From an uncultured Chroococcidiopsis sp. (GTDB taxonomy: Bacteria > Cyanobacteriota > Cyanobacteriia > Cyanobacteriales > Chroococcidiopsidaceae): a stretch of 64,000 nt of DNA. The position numbers were made by a program, and so were the translations under genes. Shown here piece by piece: positions 55,656 through 64,000 of the stretch. The notes beneath the pieces were generated by a model that was not told where the DNA came from, ran no database searches, and saw only the letters and a program-made list of their open reading frames with translations. The stretch is taken from assembly GCA_964248365.1 (NCBI GenBank), contig CAXTYC010000001.1:256001-320000 (forward strand), written 5' to 3'. Positions within the stretch are counted from its first letter, which is position 1. Every line of letters starts with the position of its first letter.

Positions 55656-56561
55656 TTACGCTGGATTATTTGGGGAATATTCCCCAAATCGCCAGCGCAA
55701 CGGACTAGCATCAGTAATGAACAATACCTGTTCAATTTGAAACGCTACTAAACGCTCAGCCCCAACAATTTCCGCCACACGTTCTGCATTCCAAATAATA
55801 TTAGCTCTACCTGTCAGTTGTAGAGTACTACCACGTTCAAAATCAATGAATAGTAAACCTATGTGGGGATTTACAGAAATGTTGCCCAGAGTATTGAACA
55901 TATTATTTCCGGCATAATCAGGAAATATTAGATCGGTGTCATTCTCAACATGGATAAAACCTGGATACCCGCCGCGATGGGATGCATCAGCACCACCTTC
56001 AGGATGATAACTGGCAATGAAGAATGTATCTGTATGTGCAATCCACTGCTGCTGTTGGCTGGTGAGAATTTTCGTATGTTCGATTGATGGCAATGTTTGC
56101 ACTTTAGTGTCGGTATTCAATTGACGTAACTGGATGTACTTGGGACAGTTGAAATAAACCTGTTTGGTATGCACGTAAATGCTACCATCAGGATTAATTT
56201 CAGCTTTGCCATTTATCCGTACCCGTCGTCTACTAGCCAGATCGATTACGAGAATACCAATATCATTTTGTTGTAGCAGGTTTTCTCTGTGCGGATCGAC
56301 CTGCACTGAAGTTGCATTTATCTGCACTGTCTGTTCAGATATTGCCTGTACAAAACCACTTTCACCAGTCAATAGCGATGCCCATACTTGATCGCCCGTT
56401 CCTACAGTACTGGCGATCGCTAATCTTTGGCTACTCAAGAAGTCTTGCACAGCTGGAGGAATGCTTGAATTTATCAACTTGACTAAGCGATCGGCTTGTG
56501 CTTGCACTCCAGCCATAGCTTGAACTGCCAGTTCTCCTGCATGATATACGGATGATGTCAT
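55656..56561 (-). CDS. Pyridoxamine 5'-phosphate oxidase-like FMN-binding protein (tandem domains)
   Basis: YHAGELAVQ, RRRVRING, NCPKYIQ, DASHRGG, PDYAGNNMFNTLGN. Confidence 0.85.
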   Translation of the reverse strand: MTSSVYHAGELAVQAMAGVQAQADRLVKLINSSIPPAVQDFLSSQRLAIASTVGTGDQVWASLLTGESGFVQAISEQTVQINATSVQVDPHRENLLQQNDIGILVIDLASRRRVRINGKAEINPDGSIYVHTKQVYFNCPKYIQLRQLNTDTKVQTLPSIEHTKILTSQQQQWIAHTDTFFIASYHPEGGADASHRGGYPGFIHVENDTDLIFPDYAGNNMFNTLGNISVNPHIGLLFIDFERGSTLQLTGRANIIWNAERVAEIVGAERLVAFQIEQVLFITDASPLRWRFGEYSPNNPA

Positions 56562-56600
56562 AACTCCTCCTATTTTGGGTTCACAAGCGTTTGTATGTAC

Positions 56601-56756
56601 CTATAACCCAGGCATACTGACGTAACGAAGAAGTTGCTTAATTCTTTCAATCCAAGCATTTACATGGGGATAATCTGCCTGGGAAATCTTGCCATCCGCT
56701 CGCCGTCCAACATAGGGAAAGCAGGTTATGTCTGCAATGGTTGGGCGCTTGATGAT
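56601..56756 (-). pseudogene. Glutathione S-transferase C-terminal remnant
   Basis: Translates RPTIADITCFPYV..YPHVNAWIERIKQL..MPGL*; no N-terminal domain. Confidence 0.7.
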
Positions 56757-56907
56757 ACTACACCCTTTGAGCGTGTGCTTAAGCGCTTACCAGAGGAGCT
56801 GTTGAAAGGATGAAGGATGTAGGCTTCGCCTTCCCCAAGGGTAGAATCAAGTGTGAAATTTTAACCTTTATACTTTAACCTTTACCCTTTAACCTTTAAC
56901 CTTTCCC

Positions 56908-57501
56908 CTATTCCCTACTAAGTGCTTGTTCGACAAACATGAGGCGATCGCTACCCCAATACATTTCATCGCCGACAAAGAACGTCGGCACTCCAAAAAC
57001 TCCACGCGAAGCCGCTGACGTAGTTTCGGCATCAACACGCCCCAGCATAGCAGGATCTTTCGCCGCCCCGCCAACCGCCCCCGCATCCAGTCCAATTTTA
57101 CTAGCAAGGTTTCCTAGTACCTGTGGATCGGCAATGTCTTGATCTTCGACAAAGTAAGCTTGAAACACTGCATCGACAAACTGCGGTAACTTGCCTTCCC
57201 TTTGAGCTATTATTGCACCCGCCGCACCTGGGGCGCTACTTGTTTTAGGAAAACCTGACGGTAGTTTGAAGGGAATATCATAATACTTGCACCAATCTTG
57301 CAAATCCTTGCCCAAATACTTAGCTTTGGCTGGTATAGTGATAGGACCTGGGTTACTTGCAAGTTTAAATAACTTGTGGTGATCAAGCAAGTGATAGGCG
57401 ATGCTTGATTTCGTTCGTTCTGCTAAAGCTGCAAGCTGAGTCTGGGCAATGTAAGAAAAAGGACTGATCAGGCTGATATATACGTCTAATGTTTTGCTCA
57501 T
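56908..57501 (-). CDS. 2-hydroxychromene-2-carboxylate isomerase / kappa-GST-like DsbA family protein
   Basis: ISPFSY, GVFGVPTF, WGSDRL. Confidence 0.88.
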   Translation of the reverse strand: MSKTLDVYISLISPFSYIAQTQLAALAERTKSSIAYHLLDHHKLFKLASNPGPITIPAKAKYLGKDLQDWCKYYDIPFKLPSGFPKTSSAPGAAGAIIAQREGKLPQFVDAVFQAYFVEDQDIADPQVLGNLASKIGLDAGAVGGAAKDPAMLGRVDAETTSAASRGVFGVPTFFVGDEMYWGSDRLMFVEQALSRE

Positions 57502-57714
57502 TGTTACCTCGTTTAGCTAATAGCTGTTAGCTGTTAGTAAGCTGAAAAACATTCAATTTTTCACTTTATTTAAGTGAATCTCTTGTCTAGTAGGCATCCT
57601 GCCTGTCCGATCATGTAAGTTAGATGTGCAACAGCTTAGATCTTCTTTGGAGCTAGCTTTTTTGGATCTTTAATCCGAGAGCGTGACAATTGTATTACTA
57701 CTCGCTAATAGCTT

Positions 57715-58599
57715 TTAGGTTGTTTTAAGCCACTTGGCTAAAAATTCTTTTCCCTTTTCCTCTCCATGCTGATATACTGCTAATAACCATTCTGCCGTCG
57801 CATCGGTAAAATCAACTCCTAACTCCTTCAAATCGAAATCTGGCTGAATAATGTGAATTGGGACTCCCTGAAAATTGCTAGGAATCTCCTCTATTTGAAA
57901 CAAATCGTGATACAATATACCTGGTTCTGTAGCAATAGCAATAACTTCTTTGTATCCCCGTTCTGCCATTTCCACTGCTGGACATGAACAGGTATAAGAA
58001 GCATCTACATAAGGGTGTCCTGCTATCCAAGCAGGGATGTTCCAAGCATGAAGCATACGAGTAGAAGCATAAGCAACCTCTTCAAAGTTCTTGGCATCAA
58101 GGCGCAACTTTCCACTAGTGTCTGCACTGTTGAATAATGCTAGCTGCAAATGTTCATCTACCCAAGTGCGGTCTTTCCGACCAGCAGATACCAGTAAGCG
58201 TCGTCCTAAGCGTTTGCTTTGCGAACCTTGGGTTTGCTCGGCGGCTTCGCGGGTAATTACGGCACTCGTAGCAATGAAAAATTGCGGGTTTCCTGGCTCG
58301 CACAATCGGTTAAGTCCAAGAGAAACTAAATCAGCAATACTCTGGAGTACCATTTGACTCATGCCACTACCTGGTTGTTTGAGTACCTGCAATGCCTTTA
58401 GCCACCAGCTGACACTAGCCTCTTTCACCCTACCCATTGCAGCGATCGCACAAGGGAAAACAGAGGAAGATGCAGCCCAATAGGCATTCGCTCGGATTGA
58501 GGCTACTTCAAATGCACTTAAAACACCGTTAGCAAAAGCACCTTTGAAACTACCAGAAGCACAGGTGATCGCTAAATTCTGAGAACTTGGTTTTGTCAT
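57715..58599 (-). CDS. Divergent patatin-like protein
   Basis: SGSFKGAFANGV, AASSS, YVDASY in the order of the patatin motifs; inference. Confidence 0.55.
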   Translation of the reverse strand: MTKPSSQNLAITCASGSFKGAFANGVLSAFEVASIRANAYWAASSSVFPCAIAAMGRVKEASVSWWLKALQVLKQPGSGMSQMVLQSIADLVSLGLNRLCEPGNPQFFIATSAVITREAAEQTQGSQSKRLGRRLLVSAGRKDRTWVDEHLQLALFNSADTSGKLRLDAKNFEEVAYASTRMLHAWNIPAWIAGHPYVDASYTCSCPAVEMAERGYKEVIAIATEPGILYHDLFQIEEIPSNFQGVPIHIIQPDFDLKELGVDFTDATAEWLLAVYQHGEEKGKEFLAKWLKTT

Positions 58600-58673
58600 T
58601 GATCAACACCTGAGATCTAAGAGAGTAAAATTAACACTTACCCAACTATCTGATAGAGAACTTTATCATTTTT

Positions 58674-58689
58674 AAGACCGTTCGGTCTT
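58674..58689. promoter_or_regulatory. TetR-type operator; second copy at 59341-59354
   Basis: AAGACCGTTCGGTCTT and AAACCGATTGGTCT. Confidence 0.65.
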
Positions 58690-58731
58690 CTACCAATCAA
58701 AAAAATTTATTTAGAAAGAACTTATCTTAAT

Positions 58732-59325
58732 CTATACACGCAAGTGATTTTCAATATATTCGTTCAAATGGTTAATTGCTCGTTCTAGATGAATAGGATT
58801 TCCATACAGCTTACTCATCATTACAGCTCCTTCTAGGGTTGAAATCATGATAGTTGCAACCGTATCCGCTTCTACATTTGAGCGAATTTCACCCTGGGAA
58901 ATTCCTTTATTGATCGCGCGACAAATTAGGTTACGCCAAGCATCCATTGCTTTTTGGACGCGATCGCGTAAAGCTGGGTTAGCATCATCACTTTCAACAG
59001 CAGTATTGAGAATTGGACATCCGCCAGCAAGCGGCGGATTATCTATATAACTATGAAATACAGATAGTATTGCTTGTAGGCGTTCAATGGCATTATGTTT
59101 GCCTTTGAGCGCAATTAGGAAACGTTTACTAACACCTTGAGAGGCAAAGTCAAATGCTGCTAAAGCTAACTCTTGCTTACTTTGGAAATGGTTGTAAATT
59201 CCTCCTTTTTGTAATCGGGTAGCGCGCATAATGTCCGAAATAGACGAACCAGCATAACCTTGTTGATTAAACAGTTCGGCGGCTTGTTTAATAATTTTTT
59301 CCTTTGTTTCTTTAGCCTTGGACAT
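58732..59325 (-). CDS. TetR/AcrR regulator (NemR-like)
   Basis: HTH GGIYNHFQSK; GGCP motif. Confidence 0.88.
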   Translation of the reverse strand: MSKAKETKEKIIKQAAELFNQQGYAGSSISDIMRATRLQKGGIYNHFQSKQELALAAFDFASQGVSKRFLIALKGKHNAIERLQAILSVFHSYIDNPPLAGGCPILNTAVESDDANPALRDRVQKAMDAWRNLICRAINKGISQGEIRSNVEADTVATIMISTLEGAVMMSKLYGNPIHLERAINHLNEYIENHLRV

Positions 59326-59557
59326 TAAAAAGCACTAATCAAACCGATTGGTCTGAAGTATAACATAATAATTGTAAGCAGCGCAATCATCAGTTACCAG
59401 TTAAGTACAACGACATAAATAAACAGCAGACCGTGTGTTGTCGGAGTCTTTAGTGCATCTAGGGTTATCTAGTTTGACGTGGGCTGTTTATTTAAGAGTT
59501 TCTGCTTACCAGTTACCAGTTACCAGTGCTAAAAGTTAAAAGCTACTGGCTAATTGT

Positions 59558-60301
59558 TCATTCACTCCCTGGTTCAACTTGAGAGCGAGAAGGCGCATTG
59601 CTCAGTGCGAGAAAAGCGACCCTGGCGGCGGCTTGTTCAGCTGCCTTAATTGAGCGTCCTGTACCCCCACCGAGCAGCTGACCTTTGAGCCAAACTTCAG
59701 CGGTAAAACGGTCAGAAAGACTGTGAGGACCAGGAGTTTCCTGAACCCGATATTCTGGCAAAACCTTTAAGTGTCCTTGAGTCCATTCTTGTAGGGCAGC
59801 TTTGTAGTTAAGTCGGGCAGGGTCAGAGCGAATTTGGGTAGCTAACCGTTTAAAATGAGGATCTAGCCAAGGGCGGATAAGTTCTAGAGTGTGGGTACTG
59901 AGGTAGAGAGCGCCTAGAACGGCTTCAAAAGCATCTGCTAGCCTGGTTTCCTGACCAGCTTGATCTGTAGCAGTACTACTAGAAACGAGTAGGTAGAGTT
60001 CCAAGCCGTATTCATCTGCCAATTGAGCAAGAATGCGATCGCTCACCAAAACCGAACGAATTGCGGCAAATTCACCTACAGGACAATCGGGATAAGTTTC
60101 CCATAAAATCTCAGCCGCTACTAGCCGTACTACGGCATCGCCCACAAACTCCAGCTGCTCATAGTTTGTCTGGGGTGAGACAGTCGGATGAGTCAACGCT
60201 AGATCAAGCAACCGCCATTGAATTGACGCTTGTGCGGGCAACCCTAATCTATTCACCAAACTTTGCAGTTGCTTTTGACGACGGGGATAACTCAGAGTCA
60301 T
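59558..60301 (-). CDS. rnc: Ribonuclease III
   Basis: EQLEFVGDA, ADAFEAVLGA, dsRBD NYKAALQE..AEQAAA. Confidence 0.95.
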   Translation of the reverse strand: MTLSYPRRQKQLQSLVNRLGLPAQASIQWRLLDLALTHPTVSPQTNYEQLEFVGDAVVRLVAAEILWETYPDCPVGEFAAIRSVLVSDRILAQLADEYGLELYLLVSSSTATDQAGQETRLADAFEAVLGALYLSTHTLELIRPWLDPHFKRLATQIRSDPARLNYKAALQEWTQGHLKVLPEYRVQETPGPHSLSDRFTAEVWLKGQLLGGGTGRSIKAAEQAAARVAFLALSNAPSRSQVEPGSE

Positions 60302-60408
60302 AATCAATTATCAATTATCAATTACCACTTATTCATTGCTGATTGTTCATTGATAATTGTTTTCCCTTTTCCCTTTTCCCTAACTTAAAGGACAATTGAC
60401 AAAAATGA

Positions 60409-60862
60409 GGAGAGAGTCGGACATAAGCCGGGTTCTGTTTTTTTAGCTGACGTGCAGCTAAAAAGGCAGTTATCTATCTGGGACGCTTGTTACCAAACGC
60501 CTCTAGCGGCTCTAGCGATCGCGGAACTGGTAAAAGACCAACCGTAGTTCCTTTGACCTTGCTCCCAACCGGGGTTTACCGAGCCAGCGCCTCTCGACGC
60601 TGCTGGTGCGCTCTTACCGCACCTTTGCACCCTTACCTCTAGAGGCGAGGGGCGCTCGTGCGAGAGGCGAGAGGAATTATTTCAGCCTCTTACCTCCTGC
60701 CTCGTGCCTCGTGCCTGCAAAGGCGGTATGTTTCTGTGGCACTATCCTCACGATCGCTCGCACTGGGCGTTACCCAGCAAGTTTGGTCTTTCGGAAGCCC
60801 GGACTTTCCTCAGACTGTGTTGCTTTAACACAGTCTGCAACTGCCTGCGCCTACTCTCTCCC
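60409..60862 (-). ncRNA. rnpB: RNase P RNA with STRR-derived insertion
   Basis: Minus strand has GAGGAAAGTCCGGGCT, AGTGCCACAGAAA, GGGTGCAAAGGTGCGGTAAGAGCGCACC, ACAGAACCCGGCTTA; complementary ends. Confidence 0.95.
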
Positions 60863-60903
60863 TAGATCCAGTTTAGTCTTGGATGGCATGATTTTAATAG
60901 TGA

Positions 60904-62124
60904 TTAACGTGGCGCTCGCTCAATGCGCCCCTTTCCCCTGCTGGGAGTAGTAATATTAGTTTTACTTATATCGGTTTGGTTTGCATCATCTGCGATTGTG
61001 GAGAAGTTTTCAAACCAACCACGCCGCCAGAAGAAATAAACCAATCCCCCTGCGATCGCTATCATAGTTGCCCAACAAAGTGGATAACCCCAATACCAAT
61101 TCAACTCAGGCATATTCAAGGGTGACTTTTCTGTATTAAAGTTCATGCCATACACCCCAGCAATAAAAGTCAGGGGAATAAATATCGACGAAATCACCGT
61201 CAGCAACTTCATAATCTCATTCATCCTGTTACCAACGGCTGACAAATAGACATCCATCAAACCCGAAGCTAATTCCCGATAGGTTTCTACCATATCCAGA
61301 ACTTGGACGGCATGATCGTAACAGTCTCGCAAATAAACTCTCACATGATCGCTGATGATATCGCTACCATCTCGGATTAGAGAATTAATCGCATCCCGTT
61401 GGGGCCAGATAGCACGGCGCAGAGTTAGTAACTCGCGCCTAACTCGATAAATTTTTTCCAAAGTCTGCCTAGTTGGGTTAGTTACTACTTCTTCCTCTAA
61501 ATCTTCTATGTGTTCACCATAAGCTTCCAGAACGGGGAAAAAACCATCAATAATCGAATCTATCAGCGTATACGCTAAATAATCCGCTCCATGCTTGCGG
61601 AGAGTTCCTTTATTATTGCGAATCCGCATCCGTACTTGTTCAAAGCAATCATGCTCTGGCTCTTCCTGTACTGTTAACAGGTAATGTTCCCCTAACACAA
61701 AACTCACTTGCTCACTATAGAAACCCCTTCCGCTTTCTTTTGGTAACACCATGCGAGTAATAATTACTAATTGGTCTTCGTATTCCTCCAGCTTGGGACG
61801 CTGGGGAACATTGACCACATCTTCTAGAACCAGGGGATGCAACTTAAAAACTTGACCTAGCCGTTGCAAAATATTTTCACTGCCTAAGCCTTGCACATCC
61901 ACCCAAGAAACAGAATCGCTATCTAAGTAAGGAAGACATTCTTCCGGTGTCGCCAATTGCTTGCGAGTGACATTAGTTTGGTTGTAGTCAATTAATATAA
62001 TGTCTGGTGGTGTAGCATCTGGCTCGATGCTCAGGGTTCCTGGCAAACTACCTGGTTCGTCATAGAAGTAATCTTCGCGTGGTCTGGTAGTTTTTTTAAA
62101 AGGGCGAAAATGTATTTTTGTCAT
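60904..62124 (-). CDS. corA: Magnesium/cobalt transporter
   Basis: HPLVLED, QRPK, YGMNF, MPEL, two TM helices. Confidence 0.95.
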   Translation of the reverse strand: MTKIHFRPFKKTTRPREDYFYDEPGSLPGTLSIEPDATPPDIILIDYNQTNVTRKQLATPEECLPYLDSDSVSWVDVQGLGSENILQRLGQVFKLHPLVLEDVVNVPQRPKLEEYEDQLVIITRMVLPKESGRGFYSEQVSFVLGEHYLLTVQEEPEHDCFEQVRMRIRNNKGTLRKHGADYLAYTLIDSIIDGFFPVLEAYGEHIEDLEEEVVTNPTRQTLEKIYRVRRELLTLRRAIWPQRDAINSLIRDGSDIISDHVRVYLRDCYDHAVQVLDMVETYRELASGLMDVYLSAVGNRMNEIMKLLTVISSIFIPLTFIAGVYGMNFNTEKSPLNMPELNWYWGYPLCWATMIAIAGGLVYFFWRRGWFENFSTIADDANQTDISKTNITTPSRGKGRIERAPR

Positions 62125-62329
62125 CAGTTAGGCTGAGGAAAGAGTATAGCCTGGGGTTTTAACCCCAGGAAGAAGTAGAAAAGTAGCGAAAAATTACAAT
62201 TTACAGCTAAAAGCTACTCGCTAAAAGCTAAAAGCTAATTGCTTTGAGCCAGGTGACAATACACTTTGCCTTGATATTTTCATCAACCTCTGCTCCAGCT
62301 ACATGACTAACTGCTTCAAAAGCTGGACA

Positions 62330-64000
62330 TTATTTTACCTGCTTACACAAATCTATGTCTGGCAAAGACATTTCACTAGCGTAGCTCAAGCTTTCGGATT
62401 GATCTTGCTCAGACTGATGGGCTGGCTCGATTGATGTTGGGGGAGTAGGTAATAGCGAGATATCGATTAGGGGCAAAGAAATTTCTACCGTTGTTCCCTT
62501 GCCATAACCAGCACTATAAAGTATAATACTTCCTTCCATAAATTCCATCAGATTGCGGGAAATTGCTAGCCCTAAGCCTGTACCGCCAAACTTACGTGTT
62601 GTTGTGCCATCTACCATGACAAAGGGGCGAAACAATTTGTGCTGTTGCGTTGGATCAATACCTACCCCTGTATCTTCTACAGTCACAACCACCCATGATT
62701 TGCTGTCACTATCGGAATAGTCAATTTTTGGCTTCTTTTGAGTTTTGATGGTGATACTGCCCCTGTCGGTGAATTTAACTGCGTTTGAGATCACGTTGAG
62801 CAGCACTTGCTTGAGTTTAGCTGGATCTGCTTTCACCAAAATTGGCTCTTGAGTGTCCATCATGATTAGCTGCAAGCCTTTTTGCTGAATATGAACAGCT
62901 TGCAGGTTGGTCACTTCCTTGATAATCTGCCGCAAATCAATTAGTTCTGTAACTAGCGAGAATTTACCCGCTTCGATTTTGGCAATATCTAGTAAGTCGT
63001 TAATAATGCCGAGCAAGTGAATTGCTGCTTCATCTGCTCGCTCTAAAAATTCTAATTCTTCTTCTTTGTCATCGCAGCAGCCGTCTCGAACCAGGCGAAT
63101 ACAGCCAATGATGGCATTGAGTGGGGTTCTCAACTCATGGCTCGTCGTGGCTAAAAATTCGCTCTTAGTTTGATTGGAGGTTTGCGCTTCTTGCCAAGCG
63201 GTTTCTATTTCTTCTGCTGAAGCTTTTAATCGCTCTACCATGTGGTCGATCGCTTCTGCTAGTTGTTCGACTTCCCTGATTTGAAAGTTGTGTGGTACTC
63301 GCTCTGCTGCGTGGTAGCTTTGAAGATTTAGGGCATAATCTCGGAGTTTTTCTAAAGGTCTAGCTAAATCACGAGTTAGATAAAGCGTTGCTAAGAGGCT
63401 AGCTCCTAATAAGCCAACTGTCAGCACAATCAGGATAACTTTAATTTCCTGAAGTCCAAACAATGCGTTATCTAGGCGGGTGGCTGCTAGGATAATCCAG
63501 TGTCGCTCGCGATCGCTGGTAATTGGACTGGGAATCACGTTGTAGCCTGCTAGTAATTCTGGTCCGTTTTTGTCAAATGACAAGTGCAAGAAATCTTTTC
63601 GACCTGCGATCGCCCCACTTACAATACTTTTAAGTCGCTGGGCATCTGCTTCTTGAGCGATATGTCGCCCAACTCGACTAGCAATTGGGTGGGCGAGGAT
63701 TGTGCCATTTTGATCGATTATCACCGTCGAGCCTGCTAGCAGCCCTGGTTGATCGCTTTCTTTTTGGTGCAAATCTGACTGCACACTTAGGACGTACTGT
63801 AGTTTTCCGGCGTTATTATAAACGGGCGCTTGGAAAAGTAATTGTAGTTGTCCTTGGGAATTGGTGGGTATTGCTGCTTGCCTTAACTGTTGTAAGTTTT
63901 GATTAACTACTGGCTTGACTTTAATCTGTTTTGGTGCTAATAATATTTGCTGTTGCTGTTGCTGCCAAGCATAATTGGCTTGCGGCGCATCAATCTGTTG
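62330..64000 (-). CDS. Membrane sensor histidine kinase (Cache/HAMP/HisKA/HATPase), 5' end outside window
   Basis: SHELRTPL, NAVKFT, DTGVG, GGTGLGL; frame open to position 64000. Confidence 0.92.
   Translation of the reverse strand, partial: QQIDAPQANYAWQQQQQQILLAPKQIKVKPVVNQNLQQLRQAAIPTNSQGQLQLLFQAPVYNNAGKLQYVLSVQSDLHQKESDQPGLLAGSTVIIDQNGTILAHPIASRVGRHIAQEADAQRLKSIVSGAIAGRKDFLHLSFDKNGPELLAGYNVIPSPITSDRERHWIILAATRLDNALFGLQEIKVILIVLTVGLLGASLLATLYLTRDLARPLEKLRDYALNLQSYHAAERVPHNFQIREVEQLAEAIDHMVERLKASAEEIETAWQEAQTSNQTKSEFLATTSHELRTPLNAIIGCIRLVRDGCCDDKEEELEFLERADEAAIHLLGIINDLLDIAKIEAGKFSLVTELIDLRQIIKEVTNLQAVHIQQKGLQLIMMDTQEPILVKADPAKLKQVLLNVISNAVKFTDRGSITIKTQKKPKIDYSDSDSKSWVVVTVEDTGVGIDPTQQHKLFRPFVMVDGTTTRKFGGTGLGLAISRNLMEFMEGSIILYSAGYGKGTTVEISLPLIDISLLPTPPTSIEPAHQSEQDQSESLSYASEMSLPDIDLCKQVK

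Noticed and set aside
60606..60950. 114-aa plus-strand ORF
   Set aside because: Antisense to rnpB and its STRR insert.

Overview
64 kb of a cyanobacterial chromosome. Evidence: abundant HIP1 GCGATCGC, heptameric STRR repeats, psaE, ndhO, chlL/chlN, bvdR, pedR and a cyanobacterial-type rnpB; a Chroococcidiopsidales/Nostocales-like origin is my inference. Most of the window is core genes (mutM, group 2 sigma factor, cobA, tRNA-fMet, rsfS, queE, clpB, desC, gcvT-H-P, rnc, rnpB, corA), Ser/Thr kinases and RTX proteins. Main points of interest: (1) two different HUH/Y1 transposases, each beside its own palindromic repeat family. One is a RAYT with ~64-bp GTAG hairpins that sit in frame inside genes and supply stop codons. 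The other is an IS200-like TnpA with covarying double-hairpin units. (2) A TetR fused to a degenerate tyrosine-recombinase domain, divergent from desC across paired operators. (3) A ~135-bp non-coding inverted duplication bracketing an RTX gene and a glycosyltransferase. (4) Several nested miniature elements and four pseudogenes. No CRISPR array, prophage or rRNA was seen. Family calls come from motif recognition, not database searches.
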